NCBI GenBank assembly: GCA_963728565.1
Contig: CAVSLC010000005.1
Location: 256,001-320,000 of the forward strand
DNA: 64,000 bases
Source of the DNA: an uncultured delta proteobacterium
GTDB taxonomy: Bacteria > Desulfobacterota > Binatia > UBA9968
Direction of reading: 5' to 3'
A model generated the notes under the pieces. The model had not been told where the DNA came from. It made no database searches and saw only the letters and a list, made by a program, of their open reading frames with translations. The position numbers and the translations under genes were made by a program. Below are positions 43,193 to 55,994 of this stretch, in pieces. How positions within the stretch are numbered: the stretch's first letter is position 1; each line of letters begins with the position of its first letter.

Positions 43193-43317
43193 CGAATTTG
43201 CTCCCTCATTGGCATTGATAACCAGATGTTACTATGAAAGACGAATAAATTCCGCATATTTCAAAGACAGGGCAATTTAAAATAAATTTATGTCGTGCTT
43301 TAGTTGAGGGGTACTCT

Positions 43318-44157
43318 ATGCCCGGCACTCTGTACATCGTCGCAACGCCGATAGGTAATCTCGAAGACATCACGCTACGGGCAATCCGAATTCTGAAGGG
43401 CGCCGATCTCATTGCCGCCGAAGACACCCGGCACACGCAAACTCTGCTGCGGCACTTCACCATCAACACGCGTTTAACCAGTTATCACGAGCACAATGAA
43501 CGAGCCAAGACGGCCCAATTGGTCGCTCGCCTCGAGCGCGGCGAAAGCATCGCTCTGGTCTCGGACGCCGGCACACCGGCCATCGCCGATCCCGGCTACC
43601 GCTTAGTTGTCGAAGCCACTCGCATGGGCATTCCCGTTGTACCGATTCCGGGTCCGTCGGCATTAGTCGCGGCTCTCAGCGCCAGCGGTCTGCCCACCGA
43701 CGGATTCAATTTCAGGGGATTTCTTCCGGCACGAAAGCGGGAGAGGAGGTCCAAGCTGCAAGAGCTTCGTGTCGACCGCTATAGCCTGGTCGTCTACGAG
43801 ACACCGCACCGACTCAAGGAGTCGCTCGATGACATTCGTGAAATTCTTGGTGACCGCCGAATGGTGCTGGCGCGCGAAGTCACCAAAATTCATGAGGAGT
43901 TCCTCCGCGGCCGCATCAGCGAAGTGATCGGAGAAGTCGGTGGACGCGAGATTCGAGGAGAAGTAACGCTTATTATCGAAGGCTGCTCCGATCTGCATCA
44001 TCCATCCCAAGAGACACTGCGCGAGGAGATTGCGAAACTGCTAGCCGACGGGCTGCGGGTGAAAGAGGTCGCCGAAATGCTCGGGGAGAAATACGGATAT
44101 TCTAAACGCCAGATCTACGGTTTAGCTATGGATCAAGACAAAAATCTCAAGTCTTGA
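43318..44157 (+). CDS. rsmI: 16S rRNA C1402 2'-O-methyltransferase
   Basis: LYIVATPIGNLEDIT, AAEDTR and SDAGTPAIADPG motifs. Confidence 0.96.
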   Translation: MPGTLYIVATPIGNLEDITLRAIRILKGADLIAAEDTRHTQTLLRHFTINTRLTSYHEHNERAKTAQLVARLERGESIALVSDAGTPAIADPGYRLVVEATRMGIPVVPIPGPSALVAALSASGLPTDGFNFRGFLPARKRERRSKLQELRVDRYSLVVYETPHRLKESLDDIREILGDRRMVLAREVTKIHEEFLRGRISEVIGEVGGREIRGEVTLIIEGCSDLHHPSQETLREEIAKLLADGLRVKEVAEMLGEKYGYSKRQIYGLAMDQDKNLKS

Positions 44158-45535
44158 CCCTGTACTCTTCCAATTTTCGATAAAGGGTCGTCCGATCTAC
44201 GCCCAGTATCCGGGCCGCTTCGGCTTTATTCCCATACGTGCTCTCGATGACCCGCAAAATATATTCTCTTTCCAGATCTCTGAGAGTGTACCCGTTTGCC
44301 ACAGCGGCCGCGAGCGGCACAGAACTTCCGTCACTAACCTGCGACTGCAATGGTAAATCTTTCAAGCCGATGCTGGTCTCTTTGCCAAGCAGCACCGCTC
44401 GCTCCATGGTGTGCTCCAACTCCCGCACGTTTCCCGGCCAGCGGTAATTCATCAGCGCAGCCAGCGCCTCCTGATCGATCGAGTCTATTTTTCGGTTCGC
44501 CTGAGGCGCAAATTTGTGCAGGAAGTGCTCCGCGAGAAGCGGAATATCTTCCGACCGCTCGCGTAGCGGCGGCAATTCGATGCGAATAACATTCAGCCGG
44601 TAATAGAGGTCCTGCCGGAACCGGCCTTGTTCGACCAAATGTTCAAGATCGAGGTTACACGCTGAAACAATGCGTGTGTCGACTTTTTCGGACTGATTAG
44701 CTCCCAACGGCCTCACTTCCTTGTCTTCGATGACGCGTAACAGCTTGGCCTGCAGATTGATGGGAATCTCGCTGATTTCATCGAGAAAAAGGATGCCGCC
44801 GCTGGCTTCCTGGAAGAGTCCGCGCCGGTCTTTGCGCGCATCGGTGAAGGTGCCGCGCAGATAGCCAAAGAGCTCGCTCTCAAGCAGGGTCTCCGGGACG
44901 GCAGCGCAGTTGAGCGGTATAAACGGCCCTTGGGCGCGCCAGCTATGATGGTGAATCGCGCGCGCCACCATTTCCTTGCCGGTGCCGCTTTCACCGAGGA
45001 TGAGGACATTGGCGGCAAGCTCGCTGGTTTGCCGGACGATTGAGAAAACTTCCCGCATCTTCTCGCTCTTGCCGATGATGTTCTCAAAACTGTTGCGCTC
45101 CAGTATCTCACTGCGGAGCCGCTGCACTTCTTCACAGAGCCGGCGCTGCTGCAGCCCGCGGCTCACATGTAAAATCATTTCGTCGGTGCGAAACGGTTTA
45201 CTCACATAGTGAAAGGCGCCCGCTTTCATTGCCTCGACTGCGCTTTCAATGCTGCCAAAGGCCGTGATCAAAAGGATTACCGCTTCGGGATCGATCCCTT
45301 TAACCTCTTTAACCAGTTCCGTGCCGCGCATTCGTGGCATCATCAAATCGGTGATCATCAAGTCGCAGCCCTTTGTGCGAAACTTCTCCAGCGCGGATCG
45401 CCCGTCATGCACGGCTTCAACGAAATAGCCTTCTTCGGCCAGCACATCGACGAGCAGCTGGCACATCTGCCGATCATCATCGACAATCAGGATCCGGCCG
45501 CGCGTAGCGGCGGGTAGTTTAGAGTCGGCTGCCAT
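44147..45535 (-). CDS. Sigma54-dependent response regulator (NtrC/AtoC/ZraR family)
   Basis: Receiver domain, GESGTGKE, ESELFGY..GTFTDA (GAFTGA variant), WPGNVRELE, Fis-type HTH. Confidence 0.95.
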   Translation of the reverse strand: MAADSKLPAATRGRILIVDDDRQMCQLLVDVLAEEGYFVEAVHDGRSALEKFRTKGCDLMITDLMMPRMRGTELVKEVKGIDPEAVILLITAFGSIESAVEAMKAGAFHYVSKPFRTDEMILHVSRGLQQRRLCEEVQRLRSEILERNSFENIIGKSEKMREVFSIVRQTSELAANVLILGESGTGKEMVARAIHHHSWRAQGPFIPLNCAAVPETLLESELFGYLRGTFTDARKDRRGLFQEASGGILFLDEISEIPINLQAKLLRVIEDKEVRPLGANQSEKVDTRIVSACNLDLEHLVEQGRFRQDLYYRLNVIRIELPPLRERSEDIPLLAEHFLHKFAPQANRKIDSIDQEALAALMNYRWPGNVRELEHTMERAVLLGKETSIGLKDLPLQSQVSDGSSVPLAAAVANGYTLRDLEREYILRVIESTYGNKAEAARILGVDRTTLYRKLEEYRVKT

Positions 45536-47051
45536 TTTCCAGATTGCCCTGAGCCGGCGCTCCTTTCTGTTGTCGTTGAGGCAGATGGATCAGGAAGCGA
45601 GTATACTTTCCAGGTTCGCTTTCTACGGTAATCTCGCCGCCGTGCTCTTTAATGATGCCGTAGGTTACCGCCAACCCGAGTCCGGCTCCTTCGCCGACAT
45701 CCTTGGTAGTAAAAAAAGGATCGAATACATGATCAATGATTTCGGGCGCGATACCGATCCCGTTATCTTCAAAGACAATTCGAACGCCACCTTGGCCGTC
45801 AATAGAGGGCGCGGATGAGGCGCGAATTTTGATCGCTCCCTCGGGGCCAAGCGCGTGGAGAGAATTGGCGAACAAATTGATGAACACTTGTTGGAGCAGA
45901 TCCGGATCGGCTTGAATGAGCAACGGCTTCGGCGAGACATGGATCTCAACCTTGAGGCTCTTGTCGAATAGTTGGTGTTCCAGAAGATAACGCACATGGT
46001 TGATCAACTCCGATAAGTCGACCGATCGAAACATGGGTTCCCGACGGCGGGAAAACTCCAGTAGTTGGCGTACGATGGCGGTGATGCGATCGCTTTGCGA
46101 GCGGATCACCTCGAGATTACCGCTAAGTTCTTCGCTGCTGCGCGGCCGGCGCAACAGGTATTCAGCTCTGCCTCGAACGATGCTCAATGGAGTGCCGATC
46201 TCATGGGCAAGACCCGCGGCCAAGTGACCTACCGATGCCAAACGTTCAGAGTGGCGCAGATCTCTTTCTAGCTTTAGCTTTTGTTGCTGCTCTTCCAAGA
46301 ATTTGGAATAACTCCGATTGAGTTCTTCCGACATGGTGTTGAACTCTCCAGCCAGCGCGGCAATTTCGTCCCGACCTTTGATCTCGATGCGCTGCCCCCA
46401 ACGGCCGCGGCCGATCTCCCGAACGCGCTGCACCAGCTGATCGATGGGCCGGGTGATATTGCGGCGTACGATGATCAGAATGAGCACAGACAAAAGAATG
46501 ACCAGTGCCGCGCTGGTTCCGATGATTCGCTGACGTCGCGCTTCGATGTTGCTAATCAACTGAGAGCCTTGACGCGCTAAGACAAAGGCGCCGGCAATCC
46601 GGCCATCGCGCGCGCTAAACGGCTCGATACGGTAGTAGACCAAAATGCCACTTTCGCGAACATAACCCTCCACCCCGTTGGGTTCCCCGAGAGCTGGTCG
46701 CGGATCCAGTTCGAGAATGGCAGCAGGGTGCAGTTCGGCAAAATCGTCAGGATACCTAAGCGAGGATGAGACCGCTACGCGCTCGGCATTAGCGTTATAG
46801 ACAATCAGGCCGTGAATATTTCCTCGTGGCCCGACCGTATCGGCGAATTCCTGAGTTGCATTAAGATTGTGACCATCGGCATACAGATCCCGGAGAACAG
46901 CGTGAATGGCTCGGGAGAAACCGCGCATGCCGACCCGCATTTCCCTCATGGCGTTTTCTCGATCCTGCTGAATACTCAGGTAGCCGTGAACAGTCATCGT
47001 CACCAGGATGATGACGACCAATGAGACGATCAATTTTGTTCCAAGTTTCAT
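45519..47051 (-). CDS. Membrane sensor histidine kinase with periplasmic domain and HAMP
   Basis: Two transmembrane helices, HAMP, H-box LAHEIGTPL, N/G boxes, FDPFFTTK. Confidence 0.95.
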   Translation of the reverse strand: MKLGTKLIVSLVVIILVTMTVHGYLSIQQDRENAMREMRVGMRGFSRAIHAVLRDLYADGHNLNATQEFADTVGPRGNIHGLIVYNANAERVAVSSSLRYPDDFAELHPAAILELDPRPALGEPNGVEGYVRESGILVYYRIEPFSARDGRIAGAFVLARQGSQLISNIEARRQRIIGTSAALVILLSVLILIIVRRNITRPIDQLVQRVREIGRGRWGQRIEIKGRDEIAALAGEFNTMSEELNRSYSKFLEEQQQKLKLERDLRHSERLASVGHLAAGLAHEIGTPLSIVRGRAEYLLRRPRSSEELSGNLEVIRSQSDRITAIVRQLLEFSRRREPMFRSVDLSELINHVRYLLEHQLFDKSLKVEIHVSPKPLLIQADPDLLQQVFINLFANSLHALGPEGAIKIRASSAPSIDGQGGVRIVFEDNGIGIAPEIIDHVFDPFFTTKDVGEGAGLGLAVTYGIIKEHGGEITVESEPGKYTRFLIHLPQRQQKGAPAQGNLENGSRL

Positions 47052-47164
47052 GCACGTAGTTTCGCAGTCTCGAAGGAGCAAGGCCTATACCGCGTTCATC
47101 GCTAATCGCAGCAGCGTTAAAATCAAAGTCTCGCCATAATTCGCATAAAAATATCGACGAACTG

Positions 47165-47282
47165 TGTGGCAACTTACGACAGCGTGTGGTTTTTCACAAT
47201 CATTGAAATTTATCTCGTTTATTCAAGCAATTGAGACTATTGCACGGGCGCACAGGCTCTTAGCGCGTTGCATATTACAACG
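47165..47282. promoter_or_regulatory. Candidate upstream activator sites for a sigma54 enhancer-binding protein
   Basis: 17-bp palindromes TGTGG-N7-CGACA (47165-47181) and CGTTG-N7-CAACG (47266-47282), plus TGTG-N6-CACA (47185-47198). Confidence 0.5.
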
Positions 47283-47357
47283 GAAAGAATCGCCGAGCCC
47301 GGCGCAAAGCCACTGAAACATTCGCGTTTATTGCAAAGAACATCAGCCGGGGCCTGC

Positions 47358-47373
47358 GGGCACGTCGCTTGCG
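47358..47373 (+). promoter_or_regulatory. Sigma54 (-24/-12) promoter
   Basis: GGCACGTCGCTTGC fits consensus (T)GGCACG-N4-TTGC with exact GG-N10-GC spacing. Confidence 0.75.
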
Positions 47374-47449
47374 TCTACTCCCGGATACCAATCGGCTATT
47401 CGGGATTGCGCAAACTTTCAGATTCGAAATTTAGAAAGGAGGAGATAAC

Positions 47450-47572
47450 ATGAAAAAATTGCTTTTGGCATTGTTGTTGGGAGTGACCGTCGTGAGTTCG
47501 ATCGTCGATCTCGCCGCGCCCGTGAGCGCCCAAGATGAAGAACCCAAACCCAGGAAGCCCGAAACGGACTAA
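47450..47572 (+). CDS. 40-aa secreted microprotein (signal peptide plus ~13-aa mature peptide)
   Basis: AAAGGAGGAG RBS; MKKLLLALLLGVTVVSSIVDLAAPVSAQDEEPKPRKPETD; own promoter and terminator. Confidence 0.8.
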   Translation: MKKLLLALLLGVTVVSSIVDLAAPVSAQDEEPKPRKPETD

Positions 47573-47596
47573 TCCGTAGAAGTTGATCTCAGCTTG

Positions 47597-47628
47597 CAAC
47601 AAGGGGGCTCTGTGCCCCCTTGTTGTTT
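47597..47628. terminator. Intrinsic terminator between the microprotein gene and convergent acyP
   Basis: 12-bp stem CAACAAGGGGGC-TCTGT-GCCCCCTTGTTG followed by TTT. Confidence 0.75.
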
Positions 47629-47657
47629 ACGACAGGCCTCGTGAGATCTGCTGTCGG

Positions 47658-47945
47658 TTATCGTATTCGAAATTCATTAAACTCTCCTCGAAACTCGCGC
47701 CGCTGCAAATCCACTTCGTCGACTCGAGCTCCTGGCGGTCCCCGGCGGCACCAGTCGATAAGTTCTTCGATGCTATCCGATCGCCCTTCGGCCACCAGCT
47801 CCACTGAGCCATCGTGGCGATTCATGACCCAGCCGGTCAGGCCCAAGTGCCGTGCCTGTTGCGCCGTTGAAGCTCGGAAATAGACGCCCTGCACTCGACC
47901 TTTCACAATCAACCGAATACGCGCATGGGACGGAATGGTTGGCAT
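47658..47945 (-). CDS. acyP: Acylphosphatase
   Basis: GRVQGVYFR and GWVMNRHDGSVE motifs. Confidence 0.93.
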   Translation of the reverse strand: MPTIPSHARIRLIVKGRVQGVYFRASTAQQARHLGLTGWVMNRHDGSVELVAEGRSDSIEELIDWCRRGPPGARVDEVDLQRREFRGEFNEFRIR

Positions 47946-48169
47946 TGCTGCGGGTTTTTTAACCCAGCCACCGCTCTGGCGCAAGCCGGTTGACTCAGCG
48001 TGCGGCCGCAAAATTATTTGACAACCGGCCCGCAGTTTCGATAGGCTTTCGCCGGTTCTAAGGGTTTACCGAAGAGCCCGTGCCGTGGTCCTCCAGACCG
48101 ATTTAGGCCCTGCCCTTTGGCGACTCGATCCGCGCAAATGCGCACTCGTGAATCAAACAGGAGGGTCTG

Positions 48170-48481
48170 ATGGGAGCCAAATTGTATGTCGGCAATTTGC
48201 CGTATTCGGTGACCGAAGAGAGATTGCAGCAGCATTTTGCGCAGCACGGCTCGGTGATCAGCGCTCGTATCGTTACCGATAAGTTCACGGGCCGTTCCAA
48301 AGGTTTCGGCTTTGTCGAGATGAGTTCCGATGCTGAAGCCGAGCGCGCCATTAATGCTCTGAACGGAACCGATTTCGAAGGACGTAACGTGGTCGTCAGC
48401 GAGGCTCGTCCGCAGGCGCCGCGAGAGTCTGGCTTCGGTGGCGGCGGAGGCGCCGGCAGACCCCGTCGGGATCGTTACTGA
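48170..48481 (+). CDS. RRM-domain RNA-binding protein with Gly-rich tail
   Basis: RNP2 LYVGNL and RNP1 KGFGFVEM. Confidence 0.95.
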   Translation: MGAKLYVGNLPYSVTEERLQQHFAQHGSVISARIVTDKFTGRSKGFGFVEMSSDAEAERAINALNGTDFEGRNVVVSEARPQAPRESGFGGGGGAGRPRRDRY

Positions 48482-50582
<2,101 letters not shown>

Positions 50583-50598
50583 TCATTGACCGACTCTG

Positions 50599-52369
50599 GT
50601 GAGTATGTTAACCAAGTCGATGATGAGAACACGGTTTTACGGGAGCGCTGTCGGAATTTTGATCTTGTCCGGTTGCGCCTTCCGCAGTCCCGTGATCAAA
50701 GCTCCCGCCAACGGGCTGTTCGGAACTTCTGAAGCCCCTTTCGTGCAGCACCAACGAGTCGAGGTCCCGGCTGAATCCAAAGGTCTTTCGCACTTCATGA
50801 AGGGCAACCTTCTGCTTGGCGAAGGCAGATTTGATGAAGCTCTCGCGGAATTCGAGAGCGCTGCGGACGTCAACCCCGAAGATGCGTTCCTGCGCTTTCG
50901 CTTAGCCACTCTTTACGTCAGGAAAGGCGATCTTAAACGAGGGCTGGTGGAAGCTGAGGCTGCAAGACGGATGGACCCCAATAGCCTGGAAAACCGTTTG
51001 CTACTGGCCGGGCTCTATTCATCCCTGGGAGAAAATCAGAAGGGCATCGCCGAATACCACGAAGTTCTCAAACTCGATCCGAAGAACCAGGAGGCTCTGC
51101 TGTACTTAGGCGCGCTCTACTTACAAAACGACGACAACTCTCGAGCAACCGAAATGCTCGATAATCTGCTGAAGCTCGACAGCGACTCGGTACTGGGTCA
51201 CTATTATCTCGGGCGTGTGCGCGCCAAGACCAAGCTCTATCTAGCGGCCGAGCAGAGCTACCGCAGAGCCTTGGAGTTGAATCCCAAGTCTGAAGCGGTG
51301 CTGATGGACTTGGCGCTAGTCTATGAACTGCAGGGCAAGACCGAAGAGGCCATTCAGACCTACCAAAAACTCCTCGGACTGAATGCGCAGAATGTTTGGG
51401 CGCGAAAACGGCTGGGCGAGCTATACGTCGGCCAAAACAAATTGGACGATGCTCTGGCGCAGTTCGAAAATTTGAAAAGCAACGAAGCGGATCCGCGCGA
51501 AACACGGATCAAAATCGGACTCATTTTCTACGAAAAGGGCGACTTCGAACGGGCCGCTACCGAATTCAATCTGGTTTTGGCCGGTGATCCCGAGAACGAC
51601 CGGGCGCGGTACTATCTCGGCGCCACCTATGTCGAATTAAAGGCCGATGAAAAGGCGCTGGCCGAGTTTTCAAGAATTGCCGAGAAGAGCGACTTGTATT
51701 TAGACAGTCGTTTGCAGATGGCCTATCTCTATGAGCGCACCGAACAGTTACAAAAAGCCATCGATTCGGTTCAATCGGTGCTGCGAAAGAAAAGCGACCG
51801 CAAAGAAGTCTATGCGTTTCTTTCGAGCTTGTACCGGAAGGCCAAGGATTTCCCCAAAGCCATTGAGGCAATGGAGCGCGTAATCGTGCTGGATCCGAAG
51901 AGTGATCAGGCCTATTTCCAATTGGGAGCGCTGCACGACGAAGCCAAGAACAAAGAGCAAAGCGTCGCCAACATGAAACGGGCCATCGAGCTCAATCCGA
52001 AGAACGCCGCGGCGCTTAACTATCTCGGCTATACCTGGGCGGAGATGGGCGTGCAGCTCGATGAAGCGGAACAGTTGATACAGCGAGCGCTTGCAAATTG
52101 AGCCTAACGACGGCTTTTATATCGACAGTCTCGGCTGGGTATACTTTCAGAAAGGTGACTACACCAGTGCGGTCGAACAGTTAGAGCGCGCCGTGGCTAT
52201 CACGGTCGATGATCCGACCATCATCGAGCATCTCGGCGATGCTTACGTAAAAGTTGGAAAATCCGATCGTGCCTTGTTGCGCTATCGCGAGGCGATGCAA
52301 AAATCGAAAGAAGACGATCAAGTCAAACGAATCCGTGAAAAGATCGAGCGCCTGGAGAAAAAAATTTGA
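50599..52369 (+). CDS. Large TPR lipoprotein; probable indel near 52090
   Basis: Lipobox LSGC, many TPRs, ALNYLGYTWA followed by YIDSLGWVYF in the next frame. Confidence 0.88.
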
Positions 52370-53187
52370 CGGCGTCTCTGCGGCGCGGGTTATCCGGTCG
52401 CGCGCGGAATCTCGTTCTTTGTTGCTGGCAGCAGTTTGCGACGATTATCGGCTGTGCCACCGTCACTCCGCCGGCAGCCAAGCCACAGCTCCCGGCCAAA
52501 CAGTGGCAAGCCGGCGAGCTGATCAACTCCCTAAGCAAGCGTCATGAACAATTTCGCACGTTGCGCGCTTTAGCCCGGCTTGATTATGCCGGGCCGGACG
52601 GTAAGGGCAATGTGCAAGAAGCAGTTCTGGTCCAGAGGCCGGACCGGCTCCGGCTGGAAACATTGACCTTCCTCGGCGCTGTCTTGATCGTTACCGTCAA
52701 TGATCGAGAGATCATCGGATATCACCCGCGCGAGGGAATCTTTGTGCGCGGACCGCGAACCAAGGAAAATTTGTTGCGCTATACACAAATTCCTCTCGAA
52801 CTAGCCGAAATGACCGCGTTAATGTTGGGCTTGCCGCCGGTTGACACAGGCGCGCAGCTGCGGCAGGAGGGTCCCGCTCTGGTGTTCTCGCCAAACGGAA
52901 CCAAGCAGGATGCCGTGACATTCGAGGCGCAAACCCCGGTCCCGACCAAATGGGAACGCTTTAATGACGCCGGCGCGGTGGAGTTAAGCGCCGAGTTTTT
53001 GGATTATATTTCAACGCCGGCCGGCCCATTTCCATCGAGGATCCGGATTGAGGCACATCTGCAGAAGCGAAAACTTGAGATCCGCTATCAACAGCCCGAG
53101 GTCAATGCTTCGCTCCCGCCGGAAATCTTTACACAGGAAAAGCCGGCTCATGCTGAGGAACTGCGGCTGGAGACTCTGGGCGGTTAG
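52366..53187 (+). CDS. LolB/DUF4292-like lipoprotein
   Basis: IIGC lipobox, RPDRLRLE motif, beta-rich, typical position after the TPR gene. Confidence 0.6.
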   Translation: MTASLRRGLSGRARNLVLCCWQQFATIIGCATVTPPAAKPQLPAKQWQAGELINSLSKRHEQFRTLRALARLDYAGPDGKGNVQEAVLVQRPDRLRLETLTFLGAVLIVTVNDREIIGYHPREGIFVRGPRTKENLLRYTQIPLELAEMTALMLGLPPVDTGAQLRQEGPALVFSPNGTKQDAVTFEAQTPVPTKWERFNDAGAVELSAEFLDYISTPAGPFPSRIRIEAHLQKRKLEIRYQQPEVNASLPPEIFTQEKPAHAEELRLETLGG

Positions 53188-53189
53188 CG

Positions 53190-54966
53190 ATGCTTCTGAC
53201 GAGAGGCTTGGCGGTCCTATTATCTTGTTTCCTGCTGATCGGCTGCGGAGACAAGGGCGAAATTAGCGACGGCGGCTCCCAAGCCACAGTCGATGTCAAA
53301 AACCCCGGCCCGCCGGTCAGCGGCGACTGGTTGATCATCCATGCCTTGAGCGATCCTGAACAGCTCAATCCCCTCACCAGCAACGACGCCGGTTCCAGCG
53401 AAGTCAATGGTTATATCTTCGAGGGTCTCTTAAGCCGCGACCCGCGTACTCTGGAGTTGAAGCCGCTGCTCGCGGAATCGAGACCGGAGATTTCGGATGA
53501 TAAACTTAGCTATACTTTCAAGATTCGAAAAGATGCGCGGTTTCAGGACGGACGGCCCGGTTACCGGTGAGGATGTCCTCTTTAGCGTCAAGGCGATCAA
53601 GTGCCCGTTCGTCAATGCGCCCTTTCTAAGGGTCTATTTCAACTCCGTCACTGATGCTCAGCTTATCGATCCTTTCACGATCCGATTCTTCATCAGAGAA
53701 CCCTATTTTTTAAACGAGAGTGTGCTGGGTGGGGTGACTGTGATGCCGCGTCATTACTACGACCGAGAGAACCTTTTGCACTCGATCACGGTGCGGCAGC
53801 TATCGCAAGATCCAACGAAATTACCCGCTGAGGTAAAGAAATTTGCCGAACTGTTTAACCGCAACTACAACCGAAATCCGCTCGGCTCCGGACCGTATAA
53901 GTTCAATCACTGGAAAACCGGCAGTGAAACCGAGCTGACTCGCGACACAGATTATTGGGGTAACGGTAAAGAAGGAATCGACCAGCCCCACGTCGACAGG
54001 CTTAAATTTCGCGTGGTCAACAATATGGACGCGGCGCTCACCCGTCTCAAGAGCGGCAGTTTGGACTACATGGAGAGTTTGCAGCCGGTGCAGGTGGTGC
54101 GGGGGACTGGCAGTGAGCGATTCCAACGTCAATTCAAAAAATACGAGTACTATGCGCCAACCTACACCTATATCGGATGGAATAACGATCATCCGATATT
54201 TGGAGACAAACGAGTACGCCAGGCAATGACGTATCTCACCAATCGCAAGCAAATCGTCGATACCGTGCTCTTCGGCCTGGGCGAGGTCGTTGACAGCCAT
54301 ATTTATCTTTTTCGGCCGGAATACGACAAAACTCTAGTGAGTTATCCTTTCGATCCCGCAAAAGCCCTCGCCTTGCTCAATGAAGCCGGTTGGAAAGACA
54401 CCGATGGCGACGGCCTGCTTGACAAGGTGATCGACGGCACCCGAATTCCCCTGCGTTTTGAAATCAAAATCAACGCTGGAAATACGGTACGGGAAAGTAT
54501 CGCGTTAGTGCTGATGGATGAGCTCAACAAGCATGGCATCGCCGCGAGCGTGCGTCAGTTGGACTGGACGATATTTCTCAACGACGTCAAGAATCATCAG
54601 TTTGACGCCGTAGTCCTGGGTTGGGCGATGTCGACGACCGAGCCCGATGCGTACCAGGTCTGGCACTCTTCTCAAGCGGCCAATAAAGGGTCCAATGCGA
54701 TTAGCTACAAAAACCCGCGCGTGGATGAAATTCTGGAGCAGTACCGCCGCGAGTTCGACCCGCAAAAACGCATTGAGCTGTACAAAGAATTTCAGCAAAT
54801 CTTGCATGACGAACAGCCTTACACGTTTCTTCACGTCCGAAAAACCGTTTCCGCGGTGCATCGTCGTTTCCAAGGTGTCGAAGTTTTTCCCGACGGGCTC
54901 AAGCCCATCGACTGGTGGGTGCCGGCGGCGCAACAAAAATACGCAAACAGCATCGCTGCGCAATGA
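53190..54966 (+). CDS. Peptide ABC transporter substrate-binding lipoprotein (family 5); probable indel near 53555
   Basis: Lipobox LIGC; DPEQLNP, PLGSGPYKF and DKRVRQAM motifs. Confidence 0.9.
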
Positions 54967-55994
54967 CCGGCTATCTCATAAAGCGCCTGTTGCTGATGGT
55001 ACCTACATTCATCGGCATTACCCTCATCGGATTTCTGATCATGCGCCTTGCGCCCGGAGATCCCGCGGAACTGCGCGCGGCAGGCGGTCTTGGCGCAGCA
55101 GCAGGGGGCGGAATAGCGATGGAGAAACGTGGCTCGGTCGACGAAGCCATTGCGCAGTGGCGCGCGCAGTACGGACTCGATAAACCGCTTCACGTCCAAT
55201 ATCTGGTCTGGCTTAGAAATATCGCCACCCTAAGCTTCGGCGAATCCTTCAAAGACAATCAGTCGGTTTGGTCGAAGATCGCCGAACGCCTGCCGGTTAC
55301 AGTTAAATTAAATTTTTGGTCGATAGTGGTGGTTTATCTCGTCGCCATTCCTTTGGGCGTCTACTCGGCGACCCATCCAAATTCCTGGGGCGACCAGATC
55401 ACGACGTTGGCGGCTTTCATTTTGTTTGCCGTGCCATTGGTTTGGGCCGCGACCATGGCGATTGTGTTTATTTGTGGCGGGGATTTTTACTATCTGTTTC
55501 CGCCCGGCGGCCTGGAGTCGATTGATTTCTCCGATAACTGGCCGATCTGGCGAAAACTCCAAGATCGCGCCTGGCACATATTCTTGCCGGTTGTTCTGCT
55601 CTCTTACGACGGCTTTGCCGGCCTGTCGCGCTACATGCGCGCGAGCATGCTGGAAGTGCTCGCGCAGGATTATGTCCAGGTCGCGCGCGCTAAAGGACTT
55701 TCGGAGAAAACGGTCATTTTCAAGCATGTGTTGCGCAATTCCTTGATCCCGCAGGTAACGATATTAGCATCCATCCTGCCGGGGCTGATTGGCGGCAGCG
55801 TCATTATCGAAACTATTTTCTCGATTCCCGGGCTTGGACAGCTTGGGTTTGAATCGGTCCTGGCGCGAGACTATCCCACGGTGCTGGCGCTCTTTACGGT
55901 TAGCGCGCTGCTTACGCTGATCGGCATTCTGATCTCCGATCTGCTTCTTGCCGCAGTGGACCCGCGCATCGTCTTTGGTCGACGACAGCAATGA
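54963..55994 (+). CDS. Peptide ABC transporter permease (OppB/DppB-like)
   Basis: YLIKRLL, YGLDKP, ARAKGLSE and ETIFSIPGLG motifs. Confidence 0.93.
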   Translation: MTGYLIKRLLLMVPTFIGITLIGFLIMRLAPGDPAELRAAGGLGAAAGGGIAMEKRGSVDEAIAQWRAQYGLDKPLHVQYLVWLRNIATLSFGESFKDNQSVWSKIAERLPVTVKLNFWSIVVVYLVAIPLGVYSATHPNSWGDQITTLAAFILFAVPLVWAATMAIVFICGGDFYYLFPPGGLESIDFSDNWPIWRKLQDRAWHIFLPVVLLSYDGFAGLSRYMRASMLEVLAQDYVQVARAKGLSEKTVIFKHVLRNSLIPQVTILASILPGLIGGSVIIETIFSIPGLGQLGFESVLARDYPTVLALFTVSALLTLIGILISDLLLAAVDPRIVFGRRQQ

